NCBI GenBank assembly: GCA_963668025.2
Contig: CAXXTH010000017.1
Coordinates: 224,001 to 288,000, forward strand
DNA length: 64,000 nucleotides
Source: Candidatus Hydrogenedentota bacterium
GTDB lineage: Bacteria; Hydrogenedentota; Hydrogenedentia; Hydrogenedentales; SLHB01
Direction of reading: 5' to 3'
Shown: positions 47,539 to 57,038 of the stretch, piece after piece
Numbering within the stretch: position 1 is the first letter of the stretch
Layout: the number at the start of each line of letters is the position of its first letter
Translations under genes and position numbers: made by a program
Notes under the pieces: model-generated
The model's database searches: none
Seen by the model: the letters and a program-made list of their open reading frames with translations, nothing else
Told to the model about the DNA's origin: nothing

Positions 47539-48591
47539 ATGAAGCGGCTGATGGTGTTGCTCATGGGATGTGCTTCGGTCTGGGCGTATTCGGATGAATC
47601 TACCGTTTCACTCAAGAGCATTTGGCAAGAGAAGACGGATATGTGCTTCTTTTCCCGGTTCAATCTGCCGTTCTCTCCTGCTGGAAGCTCAATGTCCGCT
47701 GCGCTAGTCAGCCAAATCAAAAAGAAACCCGGTTTGGCCTTATGGCAAATCAACAAATCAGGTTTTCAGCGCCTTGCTGAAATGGCTGAAGATTTCTATC
47801 CTAATGGGGCTGCATACGGTGACATTGATCAGGATAGCAAGCCCGAGTTTGTTTTTATTGGTTATCTCCCCGGTATAAATAGTCATGTAATTCTTGCTAT
47901 TAGGTATGTTAGCGAAATACTCGCGAGCACCTTTTATCCCATTCAAGAAAAAACAGAATTCCAGGGTCTTGCAATAGATGATATGGATGGAGACGGCAAA
48001 AATGAGATTGTCTACTACCGTGTAGACAAAGGCGCAGAGGAATACTGGGAAGGCTCTCTGGTGATGGCGCGCGTCGAGGGCGGCGAATTGAAAACCTTGG
48101 GTGAGTCAGGCGGACATCCCATGTCGGGGAGCATAGCGATTGCCGATTTCGACGGCGACAGTCTGCCGGAAGTGGCAGTGCTGGAAGGCCATGGAATGCG
48201 GACGAATGAAAAACTGCGTGAACGCGCCCCCCACTTGGCGGCCTATTCTTGGACGAATGGCCAATGGGTCAAGGAACCGAAAGCGTTGCTTCCGCTCGAC
48301 CCAGCAATGGAGTTGTTGGATTCCCCGAGTCTCGTGGCATGGAAAGACGGTGGCAAACAGAAGGCGCTGGTGGGATACTATCGGACCATATCCACCTACG
48401 AGATGTCGGACGGCAAATGGTCTGCCGGGGAAGTGGTCGTTACGCTCGATAAAAGCAGTATAGGCTGCCTCGGAACCGTGGACTTGGAAGGTAAAGGCAA
48501 GGAATCTATTTTGGCGTGGGGGAGTTTGCCTAGCGATGATCCTGAGAAGCCCGGTCCGCCTGCCATGTATGTCTACCAGCGCGAGAAGTAA
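47539..48591 (+). CDS. Secreted FG-GAP/VCBS beta-propeller protein, orphan paralog
   Basis: Start MKRL after AGGAGG. GDIDQDSKPE, DMDGDGKNE, ADFDGD..PE repeats, EEYWEGSL and C-terminal MYVYQREK. Confidence 0.85.
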   Translation: MKRLMVLLMGCASVWAYSDESTVSLKSIWQEKTDMCFFSRFNLPFSPAGSSMSAALVSQIKKKPGLALWQINKSGFQRLAEMAEDFYPNGAAYGDIDQDSKPEFVFIGYLPGINSHVILAIRYVSEILASTFYPIQEKTEFQGLAIDDMDGDGKNEIVYYRVDKGAEEYWEGSLVMARVEGGELKTLGESGGHPMSGSIAIADFDGDSLPEVAVLEGHGMRTNEKLRERAPHLAAYSWTNGQWVKEPKALLPLDPAMELLDSPSLVAWKDGGKQKALVGYYRTISTYEMSDGKWSAGEVVVTLDKSSIGCLGTVDLEGKGKESILAWGSLPSDDPEKPGPPAMYVYQREK

Positions 48592-48626
48592 ATAATCTCA
48601 CCTCGCGTTTGCGGGCAAACGCATAT

Positions 48627-51600
48627 CTACACTTCGCTCAATGCTTTGAGCAGGTTTTTCGTGGCGATGAGCATGCGGTCTGGGGTGTCCGCGTCTGGGG
48701 TGTAGGTGATGCAGGGGTCGCCCTGGAATGCGTATTGGATGCGCGGGCCGAAGTGTTGGCTGAGGGCCGTCCTCGAGGCGCGATTCAAGAAGCGGGCGGA
48801 CTCGAATTCGACGGCGATGGCGGTCTTGGCGGCGGCGATGCGTTTGACGCCGAGGTCCGCCGCTTGCGCGCGAATACGCATGATGTCGATGAGCCGCTTG
48901 ACGGGCGCAGGGATCGGCCCGAAGCGATCGGCGATTTCTGCGTTCATCTCATCCACTTCTTCGACGGTCATGGCGCTGGCGATGCGCTTATAGAGCGTGA
49001 GCTTCTGCGCCTCGGAGGGCACATACGCCTCGGGGATATGGGCGTCCACGGCCATGTCGAAGGCGGGCAGCACACGGTGGACCACCGGTTCGCCCTTGAG
49101 TTCGGCGATGGTCTCCTGGAGGAGCTGGCTATAGGTTTCAAGGCCGACGGTGGCGATGTGTCCGTGCTGTTCGCCGCCGAGGATGTTGCCGCAGCCTCGG
49201 ATTTCCATGTCGGCCATGGCGATGCGGAAGCCCGCGCCCAAGGTCGAGAAATCCTCCAACGCCTTGAGGCGTTTCTGGGCCACTTCCGTCAAGGCTTTGT
49301 CACCATTTACGAGCAAGTAGGCGAAGGCGCGGTGTTTGTAGCGTCCGACGCGCCCGCGCAACTGGTATAGCTCGGATAAGCCGAAACGGTCAGCGTCGTT
49401 GATGATAATGGTGTTGGCGTTCGGGATATCGATGCCGGAGCCGATGATGGTCGTGCAGACCAGCACATCGATCTCGTGGCGGATGAAGCGCGTCATGACG
49501 TGTTCGAGGTCGCCCTCGCGCATTTGCCCGTGGCCGATGGCGACCCGCGCCCGGGGTGCGAGCTTCTCGACAAGCGTGGCGAACAGCTCGATGGTCTGCA
49601 CGCGGTTATGAACAAAGAAGACCTGCCCTTGGCGCGAAAGCTCGCGTTCGAGCGCCTCGCGGATCAGGTCTTCACCGAATGGCTCGATACACGTATGGAC
49701 CGGCAGCCGGTCATTGGGGGCCGTGTTGATCAGGCTCATGTCGCGTACGCCCAACATCGAAAGGTTCAGCGTGCGCGGGATGGGCGTGGCCGTCATCGTC
49801 AGGACATCCACGATATTGCGGACTTGCTTGAGGCGCTCTTTTTGCGCCACGCCGAACCGGTGCTCCTCGTCGATGATGAGGAGGCCCAGATCCTTGAATT
49901 CGATGTCCTTCGAGATGAGGCGGTGCGTTCCGACCACGATATCCACGTCGCCGGACTTGAGTTTCTCGATGGTCTCTTTCTGCTCTTTGGGGCCTCGGAA
50001 CCGGCATAACAGGTCAACGCGCACGGGGAAATCGGCCAGGCGCTCGACGAAGTTCAAATAATGCTGTTCGGCCAAAACCGTCGTGGGCACGAGCAATGCG
50101 GCTTGCTTGCCGTCCTGCACGGTCTTGAATGCGGCGCGCAGGGCGACCTCGGTTTTTCCGTAGCCCACATCGCCACAGACGAGGCGGTCCATGGGTTTTA
50201 TCGATTCCATGTCGCGCTTAACATCCGTGATGGCGCGGGCCTGGTCGGGCGTCTCCTCGTAGGGGAAGGCGTCCTCGAATTCGATCTGCCAAGGCGAATC
50301 CGGTGCGAAGGCATGGCCCTCCTGGCTCTCGCGGGCGGCGTAAAGCTGGAGGAGTTCATTCGCCATATCTTTCACGGCTTTTTTAACGCGGGCCTTCGTG
50401 CGCGCCCATGTCGCCCCGCCGAGGCGGTCGATCTTGGGCATGGCCCCGTCGCCGCCGCTGAATTTCTGGATGGCGTCGATCTGGGTGACGGGCAAGTACA
50501 GCGTGTCGCCTTTGGCGTATTGGACCACCAGGAAATCGCCGGTTTTATCCGGGAAGCGCCGCATGCCGAGGTAGCGCCCGACGCCATGGCTGGCGTGGAC
50601 GACGAAGTCGCCGGACTTCAGATCACCCAGCGCGGTGATCGTCGAGCCGGCCTCGAAGCGGCGGCGGGAGCGCCGGATGTAATGGCGTCCGAACACCTCG
50701 CGTTCGCTCAGGATGGCCAGATTATCTTCATAGGAATCAAAACCCGCATGAATGCGCCCGATGTAGATGCGCAGATCGAAGCTGCTTTTGTCCGGCTGGT
50801 AACCATGCTCATCGAGTAATTCGAGCAGGCGCGTGCGCTCGCCCGTATTGTTGCAAATGAGCGCCACGGTATATTTTTTGCGGTCCCATTGTTCGAGCTG
50901 CTGCCAAAAATCCGTGGCGGGCGGCTCCCAGTTGCTCATCGAGCGCACGGGCGCGGCAATGCGCTCCGCCCCGGCGTCTTGCGCCACGTGCATCAGCCGG
51001 AGCTGGCGGAATGCTTCGAGCCGGGCGTAGGCGTCTTCCCACGGCATGATGTACTCGGAAACGCCGAACTGCTCCTCGAGTTTACGCGCTTCTTCTGCAA
51101 TCGCCAGCGGTTCATCGAGCGCCACGAGGGTGTTGGGCGGGAAATAATCCGCCAACGTAGCGAGTGCGTCTTTCCGTTCGTGGAGCAAGTGTTTTTCCGA
51201 ACGCGGCAGGAGCGCCACGCTGTCGGCGGGGCCAATGCTTCGCTGGGTCTCCGGTTCGAAACGGCGAATGGACTCGATCTCGTCACCAAAGAATTCGATG
51301 CGAAACGGCAGTTCGCTCGATATGGGGAACACATCAAAAATGCCGCCGCGCACGCTCATCTGGCCGCGTTGTTCGACCATGAGCTCCCGCTCATAGCCCA
51401 ATTTCGTGAGGCGCAGCAGGAGATCATCGAGATCATATTCCTCGCCCACGGCCAGCCGCACGGTGCGGCGTTCGAGATCCTCGCGGGGCGCGACATATTG
51501 CAGCATCGAGCGCAACGGAACCGCCGCGCACATGAGAGCGTCCTCGAAGGCCGACGCCAGATGCTGCAAGGTGTTCATACGTTCGGCGACGATATCGTCC

Positions 51601-51881
51601 GAGGGGTCCATGGCGTCGGAAGGAAGCACCTCCCAGGAAGGCAGCAGCAGCGCGCGGTCCGGCCCGGCGAATGCCGTCAGATCATCGAAAATGGATTCGG
51701 CTTCGATGCGCCCCGCCGTGAGGATGAGCAGCGGCGCGCCCAAGGCCTCCGCCGCCTGCACCGCCGCCAGCGTTTTGGCGGAACCCCACAGGCCGGTAAC
51801 ATCCATGGCGCGCCGCCCTTGTTCCGACAGGCGGTTGGCGATGAACCGGACGCAATTCAATTGAGGCAGCGTGATGTGCAT
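48627..51881 (-). CDS. mfd: Transcription-repair coupling factor
   Basis: RGGIFDVFP, HGVGRY.G, FPYEETPDQ, CGDVGYGKTEV, DEEHRFGV, TATPIPRTL, QLRGRVGR. Confidence 0.97.
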   Translation of the reverse strand: MHITLPQLNCVRFIANRLSEQGRRAMDVTGLWGSAKTLAAVQAAEALGAPLLILTAGRIEAESIFDDLTAFAGPDRALLLPSWEVLPSDAMDPSDDIVAERMNTLQHLASAFEDALMCAAVPLRSMLQYVAPREDLERRTVRLAVGEEYDLDDLLLRLTKLGYERELMVEQRGQMSVRGGIFDVFPISSELPFRIEFFGDEIESIRRFEPETQRSIGPADSVALLPRSEKHLLHERKDALATLADYFPPNTLVALDEPLAIAEEARKLEEQFGVSEYIMPWEDAYARLEAFRQLRLMHVAQDAGAERIAAPVRSMSNWEPPATDFWQQLEQWDRKKYTVALICNNTGERTRLLELLDEHGYQPDKSSFDLRIYIGRIHAGFDSYEDNLAILSEREVFGRHYIRRSRRRFEAGSTITALGDLKSGDFVVHASHGVGRYLGMRRFPDKTGDFLVVQYAKGDTLYLPVTQIDAIQKFSGGDGAMPKIDRLGGATWARTKARVKKAVKDMANELLQLYAARESQEGHAFAPDSPWQIEFEDAFPYEETPDQARAITDVKRDMESIKPMDRLVCGDVGYGKTEVALRAAFKTVQDGKQAALLVPTTVLAEQHYLNFVERLADFPVRVDLLCRFRGPKEQKETIEKLKSGDVDIVVGTHRLISKDIEFKDLGLLIIDEEHRFGVAQKERLKQVRNIVDVLTMTATPIPRTLNLSMLGVRDMSLINTAPNDRLPVHTCIEPFGEDLIREALERELSRQGQVFFVHNRVQTIELFATLVEKLAPRARVAIGHGQMREGDLEHVMTRFIRHEIDVLVCTTIIGSGIDIPNANTIIINDADRFGLSELYQLRGRVGRYKHRAFAYLLVNGDKALTEVAQKRLKALEDFSTLGAGFRIAMADMEIRGCGNILGGEQHGHIATVGLETYSQLLQETIAELKGEPVVHRVLPAFDMAVDAHIPEAYVPSEAQKLTLYKRIASAMTVEEVDEMNAEIADRFGPIPAPVKRLIDIMRIRAQAADLGVKRIAAAKTAIAVEFESARFLNRASRTALSQHFGPRIQYAFQGDPCITYTPDADTPDRMLIATKNLLKALSEV

Positions 51882-52151
51882 GGCGTGCTTCGCGGCTTCC
51901 GTGTTTGGGCTTTCAGGTAGGACTTGGAACGACAGGCCAAGACCTCTTATCATTGTACTCATGCATACATGGGCATTCCAAACGAGCCATGGTATTTGGG
52001 AATATCAGGATTATGTTCATCCATGGAACGTGGCATGGCCGTCCCAGCCATGTTTTGAGATGCATTTCTGAAATTAAGTGGGATGAGGTGGTGTGGGACC
52101 GGCGCCCTCGCCGGTCATCTGGGCCGATATACTGATTGCAATAGGTAAAAA

Positions 52152-53297
52152 ATGCCAACAAATAAACCGAAATCACTCCGCATGCGTGTGGTGTCTGGCG
52201 GGCCGTTTCAACGGCCCGCGGAACCCTACGAGCCTTGTTTCCGCCCGCCAGACGCTTCGAGGGCCGTGCAATTGCGGGCGTGTTTTCCGATTGCCGAGGC
52301 TGCGGGGCCAGGTACGGATTTCACGCGGATGCGGCGGCTTATGAATTGGGTGCGCAGCCGCTGGAATCATGGCTTCTCGACGGATGTGGGCGGCGCGGAC
52401 GCCCACATCTTGCTCGAAGCGGCGGCACAGGGCGCATCGTTTTGCTGCGGCCATTACGCCCACACGCTGGTCCAATGCGCCGTTTCGCTTGGCATCCCCG
52501 CGCGGGTGGTGAATTTATCCCGAAAAACCGCCGATTTCCCCTATGGATGCAAAGGCAATTTCGGCCATGTTGCAGCGGAAGCGTACTGCCGCGAAGCGGG
52601 GAAGTGGGTGCTGTTTGACGCCGATTTGAATTGCCATTTCGCACGCGGCGGCGAACCGCTCCATGCGCTGGATTTGCATCGGGCGTGGCATGGCGGCCAA
52701 GTGGACGGGATCGAGCAAGTCTTGGATGAGCCTTTTTTTGTGCAACCCCAGCCTTGCCAAGGCTATACCGCCGCGGACGTGCGCGGATTCTGGCGCGATT
52801 TTACGCGGCATCGCTCCATTGATTTCTACCACCATATTCAGACCTCGCTGGCGCAAGGCTTTACAGAGCAGGAGACGCCGGGAATGCCGGATCGCGTCCT
52901 GTGGTTTTCAGGCGAAGCGCACCCGCTCATGGCCATAAATTTCAGCGGCGACCTTGATCTCGACGCCCATGTGCTTACGGCTCGGGAAGAGCAGTTTAAC
53001 TGGCCTATCCAGCGCACCTATATCTTGGCGCATATGCTCGGAGAAACGCCCTCGCGCCGTGTTGAAGTGCGGCTGCAACACACCATGCCATTCTTCAGCT
53101 ATTTCGAGCTGGCGGTGAACAATGGCCCCTTTCGGCGCATGCCAGGGAATTACCACGTGTTGAATCTGCCCGATGGCCGTACGAAGGTGCGCGCCCGGTG
53201 TGTGGATGTTCTCGGGCTTCCTGGACATGAGGCGCATCTGGTGATTGAAGTGAAGGCGCTTGAGAGAAAGCCCCAGCGCCCAAAGAACCGAGGGTGA
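52152..53297 (+). CDS. Transglutaminase-like domain protein
   Basis: C-H-D triad in FCCGHYA, GIPAR, GHVAAE, KWVLFD. Confidence 0.8.
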   Translation: MPTNKPKSLRMRVVSGGPFQRPAEPYEPCFRPPDASRAVQLRACFPIAEAAGPGTDFTRMRRLMNWVRSRWNHGFSTDVGGADAHILLEAAAQGASFCCGHYAHTLVQCAVSLGIPARVVNLSRKTADFPYGCKGNFGHVAAEAYCREAGKWVLFDADLNCHFARGGEPLHALDLHRAWHGGQVDGIEQVLDEPFFVQPQPCQGYTAADVRGFWRDFTRHRSIDFYHHIQTSLAQGFTEQETPGMPDRVLWFSGEAHPLMAINFSGDLDLDAHVLTAREEQFNWPIQRTYILAHMLGETPSRRVEVRLQHTMPFFSYFELAVNNGPFRRMPGNYHVLNLPDGRTKVRARCVDVLGLPGHEAHLVIEVKALERKPQRPKNRG

Positions 53298-53823
53298 ATC
53301 CAGATGCCCGCCAGCAGTGATGCTTTACCCTTTTCTCCAAAACGTTCGAATCCAAGATTTGTAGGGTTGGGCTTACCCCACCGCTGCCTGCAATATAGTT
53401 ACACGCAGTTCTTTTTCCATATGTCATCCTCCTGTCCTAGCATAACAGAATTAAAGCATAAACGCACCAATATGTCTACTAAAATCTACTCTACCTACTT
53501 AAAAAGAAACACACGCTCACTACCAACTCAGTGTAAAATGGAGAAACCCCAGGCGGCAGTTTGATGCCGTTTTGGGGGTGCGGATTTCATGTGAATGCGA
53601 TTTTTCGACTCTGGGGAGATATAAAGCCGGGCATGGGGCATTTGGGGAAGACCCTCTCAAGAAATGCGCCCGTTAATGCAGAGGTATATACAACATGCAA
53701 AACGGTCGAATCTAGAACATAACTATTTGATATACATTGGTTAAAAATATAACTTTGGCAACTATGCAATGAATGTCGTTTGAGGGAATGCGGTTCGTAA
53801 CTATTAACAAGGAGAAAAAAAAC

Positions 53824-54024
53824 ATGGCGAATACTTTCAGGATTTCCCTTTGGTCGGGCGGCAAGGCCGTCATGGTCCACTACATCAACGAAACCCCAAA
53901 AATGAGCGAAGGCATCTGCGCGTTCCGGCTTGATGACGGCACTATCATCCGCATCATGGGCACCGTGTCCATCGAAGAAGGCACGTTCGCGGAACGTCCT
54001 ATCAGCGGACGGATCGGGCGGTAG
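53824..54024 (+). CDS. Small hypothetical protein (66 aa)
   Basis: AAGGAG RBS and host-like codon usage. Its 3' end is duplicated at 55626-55672. Confidence 0.65.
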   Translation: MANTFRISLWSGGKAVMVHYINETPKMSEGICAFRLDDGTIIRIMGTVSIEEGTFAERPISGRIGR

Positions 54025-54335
54025 AAAGTATGCCAATCCGCGTGGCATGGGTGCCTTGCCCATGCCACGCAGAGTATATTTCTTGGCATCCGGAAGTACA
54101 CGGTTTTGCCATATTTGGTCTCTGTGAGGCTTGTTCATGACTTGCGTGATTGGCATCAATCAAGTAAATTCATACAGAATAGGCCCCCTTTTGAAGCTTT
54201 CATCATGCCGCCAGTTCTCTAGACTGTTGATGATATATGGCTGTACGTCAATAACACTATTCGCTACACAACCGACAAAAGACGTGGCAAGATCGTAAAA
54301 TACGTGGCCCTGTGCGCTACGAAAGGAAAAGAAAA

Positions 54336-54455
54336 ATGATTAAAGGAATCCTTTATAAACTTGCATTGACTATCGGTTTGCTTTATTTGGTTATGATGGC
54401 ACTTGGCTTACTCGCAGTTGGGTTCGCTTGGCTACACAATATTTTGCATCCATAA
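54336..54455 (+). CDS. 39-aa single-TM small protein
   Basis: Below the ORF-track cutoff. MIKGILYKLALTIGLLYLVMMALGLLAVGFAWLHNILHP, preceded by AAAGGA. Confidence 0.4.
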   Translation: MIKGILYKLALTIGLLYLVMMALGLLAVGFAWLHNILHP

Positions 54456-54523
54456 GTGAAAGATGAAGAAGATTTATTAATCAGATTGTATCTTGATTAG
54501 TTGCATGGAGATCACTCTTCCCA

Positions 54524-55618
54524 ATGGATGCATTAACGAAGAATAGCGGCGTTCTTAACGGAGAACCTAGAAAATTAGACTATCGGGTGAGCGACCCCAA
54601 GAACAGTCCGCAACTTGACGTTTGGCAACAAAAATGGCTCGGTGCGCTCCCTCAAGTGCTGAACAGTTACAATCTATCTGCATACTCGGCCGAGTTTCTG
54701 CGCGCCAATGAGAACATCGTCTTTGGCGTGACGGAGAAGGAATCCGGCAACCGGTACGCCTTACGCCTGCACGACTCGAAGAACGGCGCATTCAGTCAAC
54801 TCCGCCGCGATGCCGCCTCCATCACCTCCGAACTGTTGTGGCTCGAAGCCCTTGCAAAAGAAACCGATGTTATTGCGCCACAACCGGTACGCACCATAGA
54901 CGGCGAACTGACGGTGGAAATCCTCCTCGACTCCTCGGACGGATGTATTAATGGTTCGCTCTTACGTTGGGTTGATGGCTCCAATTTCGACAAGGCCGTT
55001 CCCAACGCCGCATGGCTCGTGCGCGAAATCGGACGCACGCTTGCCCGCCTAGAGGAGCATGGCCGCTCATGGAATAAACCCGAAGGCTTCACCCGCCCCA
55101 CTTACGATCGGAGATACTTGGAGGAATCACTGCGCGTCATCTCCGATGGCATTCCTCTAAATGTCTTGAACGAAGCAGATTACGATATCATCAGCCGAAC
55201 CGCCCAGCATGTAGCTTCGGTCATGGACGAGCTTGGCGCGGGCAGCGAGGTATGGGGGCTTGGCCACTTTGACTTGGGAAGCAGCAATTGCCTCGTATTC
55301 GGAGAAGCCATTCGGCCGATTGACTTTTCCCTCTGTGGTTTCGGACATTATCTTTTCGATCTTGCCACCGCGATGGGCGATCTCCCGGTTGCGCATCGCG
55401 GGCCTTGCCTGGCGGGATATCGGGAAGCCACCGGCATGCCTAACGGCTATGTCCCATTGCTCGACGTATTTCTGATGATGAGCATCTTCAACTGCTGGGC
55501 GTTCCACATCCGCGACGAAAACCAACACCACTGGCTGAAACCACATATCGCGAAAGTGGTGCGGAATAAGTGCCCACTGGTATTGAACGGCGAGTCGTTT
55601 ATCCTGCGGATTCCATAA
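54524..55618 (+). CDS. APH/homoserine kinase type II-like phosphotransferase
   Basis: EN.VF, YALRLH, SELLWL.AL, HFDL..SN, IDF..CGFG.Y.FDLA. Confidence 0.85.
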   Translation: MDALTKNSGVLNGEPRKLDYRVSDPKNSPQLDVWQQKWLGALPQVLNSYNLSAYSAEFLRANENIVFGVTEKESGNRYALRLHDSKNGAFSQLRRDAASITSELLWLEALAKETDVIAPQPVRTIDGELTVEILLDSSDGCINGSLLRWVDGSNFDKAVPNAAWLVREIGRTLARLEEHGRSWNKPEGFTRPTYDRRYLEESLRVISDGIPLNVLNEADYDIISRTAQHVASVMDELGAGSEVWGLGHFDLGSSNCLVFGEAIRPIDFSLCGFGHYLFDLATAMGDLPVAHRGPCLAGYREATGMPNGYVPLLDVFLMMSIFNCWAFHIRDENQHHWLKPHIAKVVRNKCPLVLNGESFILRIP

Positions 55619-55625
55619 CGCGATA

Positions 55626-55672
55626 AAGGCGCCTTCGTGGAATGTCCTATCAGCGGACGGCTCGGGGGATAG
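55626..55672 (+). repeat. 47-bp imperfect direct repeat of 53978-54024
   Basis: 40/47 identical, and both copies end in TAG. Confidence 0.8.
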
Positions 55673-55722
55673 CGCTTAAGGCTAAAGCACTCACCGTTCA
55701 GGGGATGCTATTCCGAGGCTGT

Positions 55723-56796
55723 TCATTTCTCTCGCTGGTAGACATGGATAGTGCTCCGGAATCGATCATAGGGGCCTTCCGGTTTTTCTTTCGGAAACAG
55801 CACCCACGCTAAAATGGACTCTTGGCCTTTCCCATCGAGGTCCACCGCACCAATGCTGCGTATGCTACCCTTTTCAAGTGAAACCAGCGCTTCTCCTGGC
55901 GACCAATTTCCGTTCGACAACTCATATACAACAATCTTTCTTGATTGCTCCATCAACAGGTTGCTCTTTCCTCTATCTTTCCAGACCGCAAGGCCCGGCG
56001 CCGCGTCCAGTTCAATGTTCGGATCCAGAGCAAGCCACGCCTCCGGCTCCTTGGCCCATTGATTATCTACCCAGGTGTACGCGGACAAATAGGGAGCACG
56101 CATAGTCGGGCTTTCATGTTCCCGTATTCCTCGTCCTTCCAGCACGGCTGCTTTCTGCCGGTGGTCCCCGTCAAAGTCGGCTATCACGACACTGCCCACC
56201 AGAGGATGGCCGCCTGACTCGCCGAGCACCTTCAGTTCGCCGCCTTCCACGCGCGCCATCACCAAAGAGCCTTCCCAATACTCCTCAGCTGCTTCCTCGA
56301 CACGATAGTAGACGATCTCGCTTTTGCCATCGCCATCCATGTCACCTACCGCAAGGCCCCGAAAATCGTCCCCGTTTGGAATGGGATACAGCGTCGTTTC
56401 CAGTGCGCTATCTTTCAATCTTGCGGAAAGAAGTACATGATGTTGCTGCGACGCAGGCAAATAACCCATGAAGGCAAATTCTGGGATTTGATCGTGATCA
56501 ATGTCCCCATATGCCGCTCCGCTGGGAGAAAAACTATCGGAGGTTTCCGTGATACGACTCAGACCAGTCCTATTCAGGTGCGATATCGCTATATGCGGGA
56601 AAGATGCATCGATACGCACGATGCTTGCCAACATTGCAGGCTCATTTTTGTTGGCAGAGACAGTAGGCATATTCCCGTCCGGAAAATAAAATACGCTTTT
56701 TTCACCTTCCCATATATATTTGAGTGAAACGGTTGATTCTTCCGTATATGCCCACACAGGTAAACACAGCATGAAAAGCAGCGCCAGCCGGTTCAT
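55723..56796 (-). CDS. Secreted FG-GAP beta-propeller protein, array member 3
   Basis: Signal peptide, GDIDHD, GDMDGDGKSE, EEYWEGSL, HVYQREK. Confidence 0.88.
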   Translation of the reverse strand: MNRLALLFMLCLPVWAYTEESTVSLKYIWEGEKSVFYFPDGNMPTVSANKNEPAMLASIVRIDASFPHIAISHLNRTGLSRITETSDSFSPSGAAYGDIDHDQIPEFAFMGYLPASQQHHVLLSARLKDSALETTLYPIPNGDDFRGLAVGDMDGDGKSEIVYYRVEEAAEEYWEGSLVMARVEGGELKVLGESGGHPLVGSVVIADFDGDHRQKAAVLEGRGIREHESPTMRAPYLSAYTWVDNQWAKEPEAWLALDPNIELDAAPGLAVWKDRGKSNLLMEQSRKIVVYELSNGNWSPGEALVSLEKGSIRSIGAVDLDGKGQESILAWVLFPKEKPEGPYDRFRSTIHVYQREK

Positions 56797-56969
56797 CGCC
56801 GTTCCCTCCTGCCCACACGCAGTGGGCCATCCCTTCGCTTCGACGGGGAAAATGGTTTACTGCATATACTATACGAACAATAATTGGAAAGTTGCGGAGA
56901 AACGTGTCTATGTCTTTACCACGAATGGACGCCAATGGGCACGAATGCCTTTCCCTTTGACACGCAAGT

Positions 56970-57008
56970 AAAACGCCAGAGGCCTTCCTATGGAAAAGCC
57001 CCTGGCGT
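56970..57008 (-). terminator. Terminator repeated between array members
   Basis: acgccagaggccttcctatggaaaagcccctggcgt, identical at 58265-58300. Confidence 0.75.
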
Positions 57009-57038
57009 ATTCTCTCTAGTTTTTTTATAAAAACCGGT

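Noticed and set aside
53587-54159. 190-aa minus-strand ORF
   Set aside because: Spans a REP, a promoter region and the antisense of the 66-aa gene, with no protein-like features.
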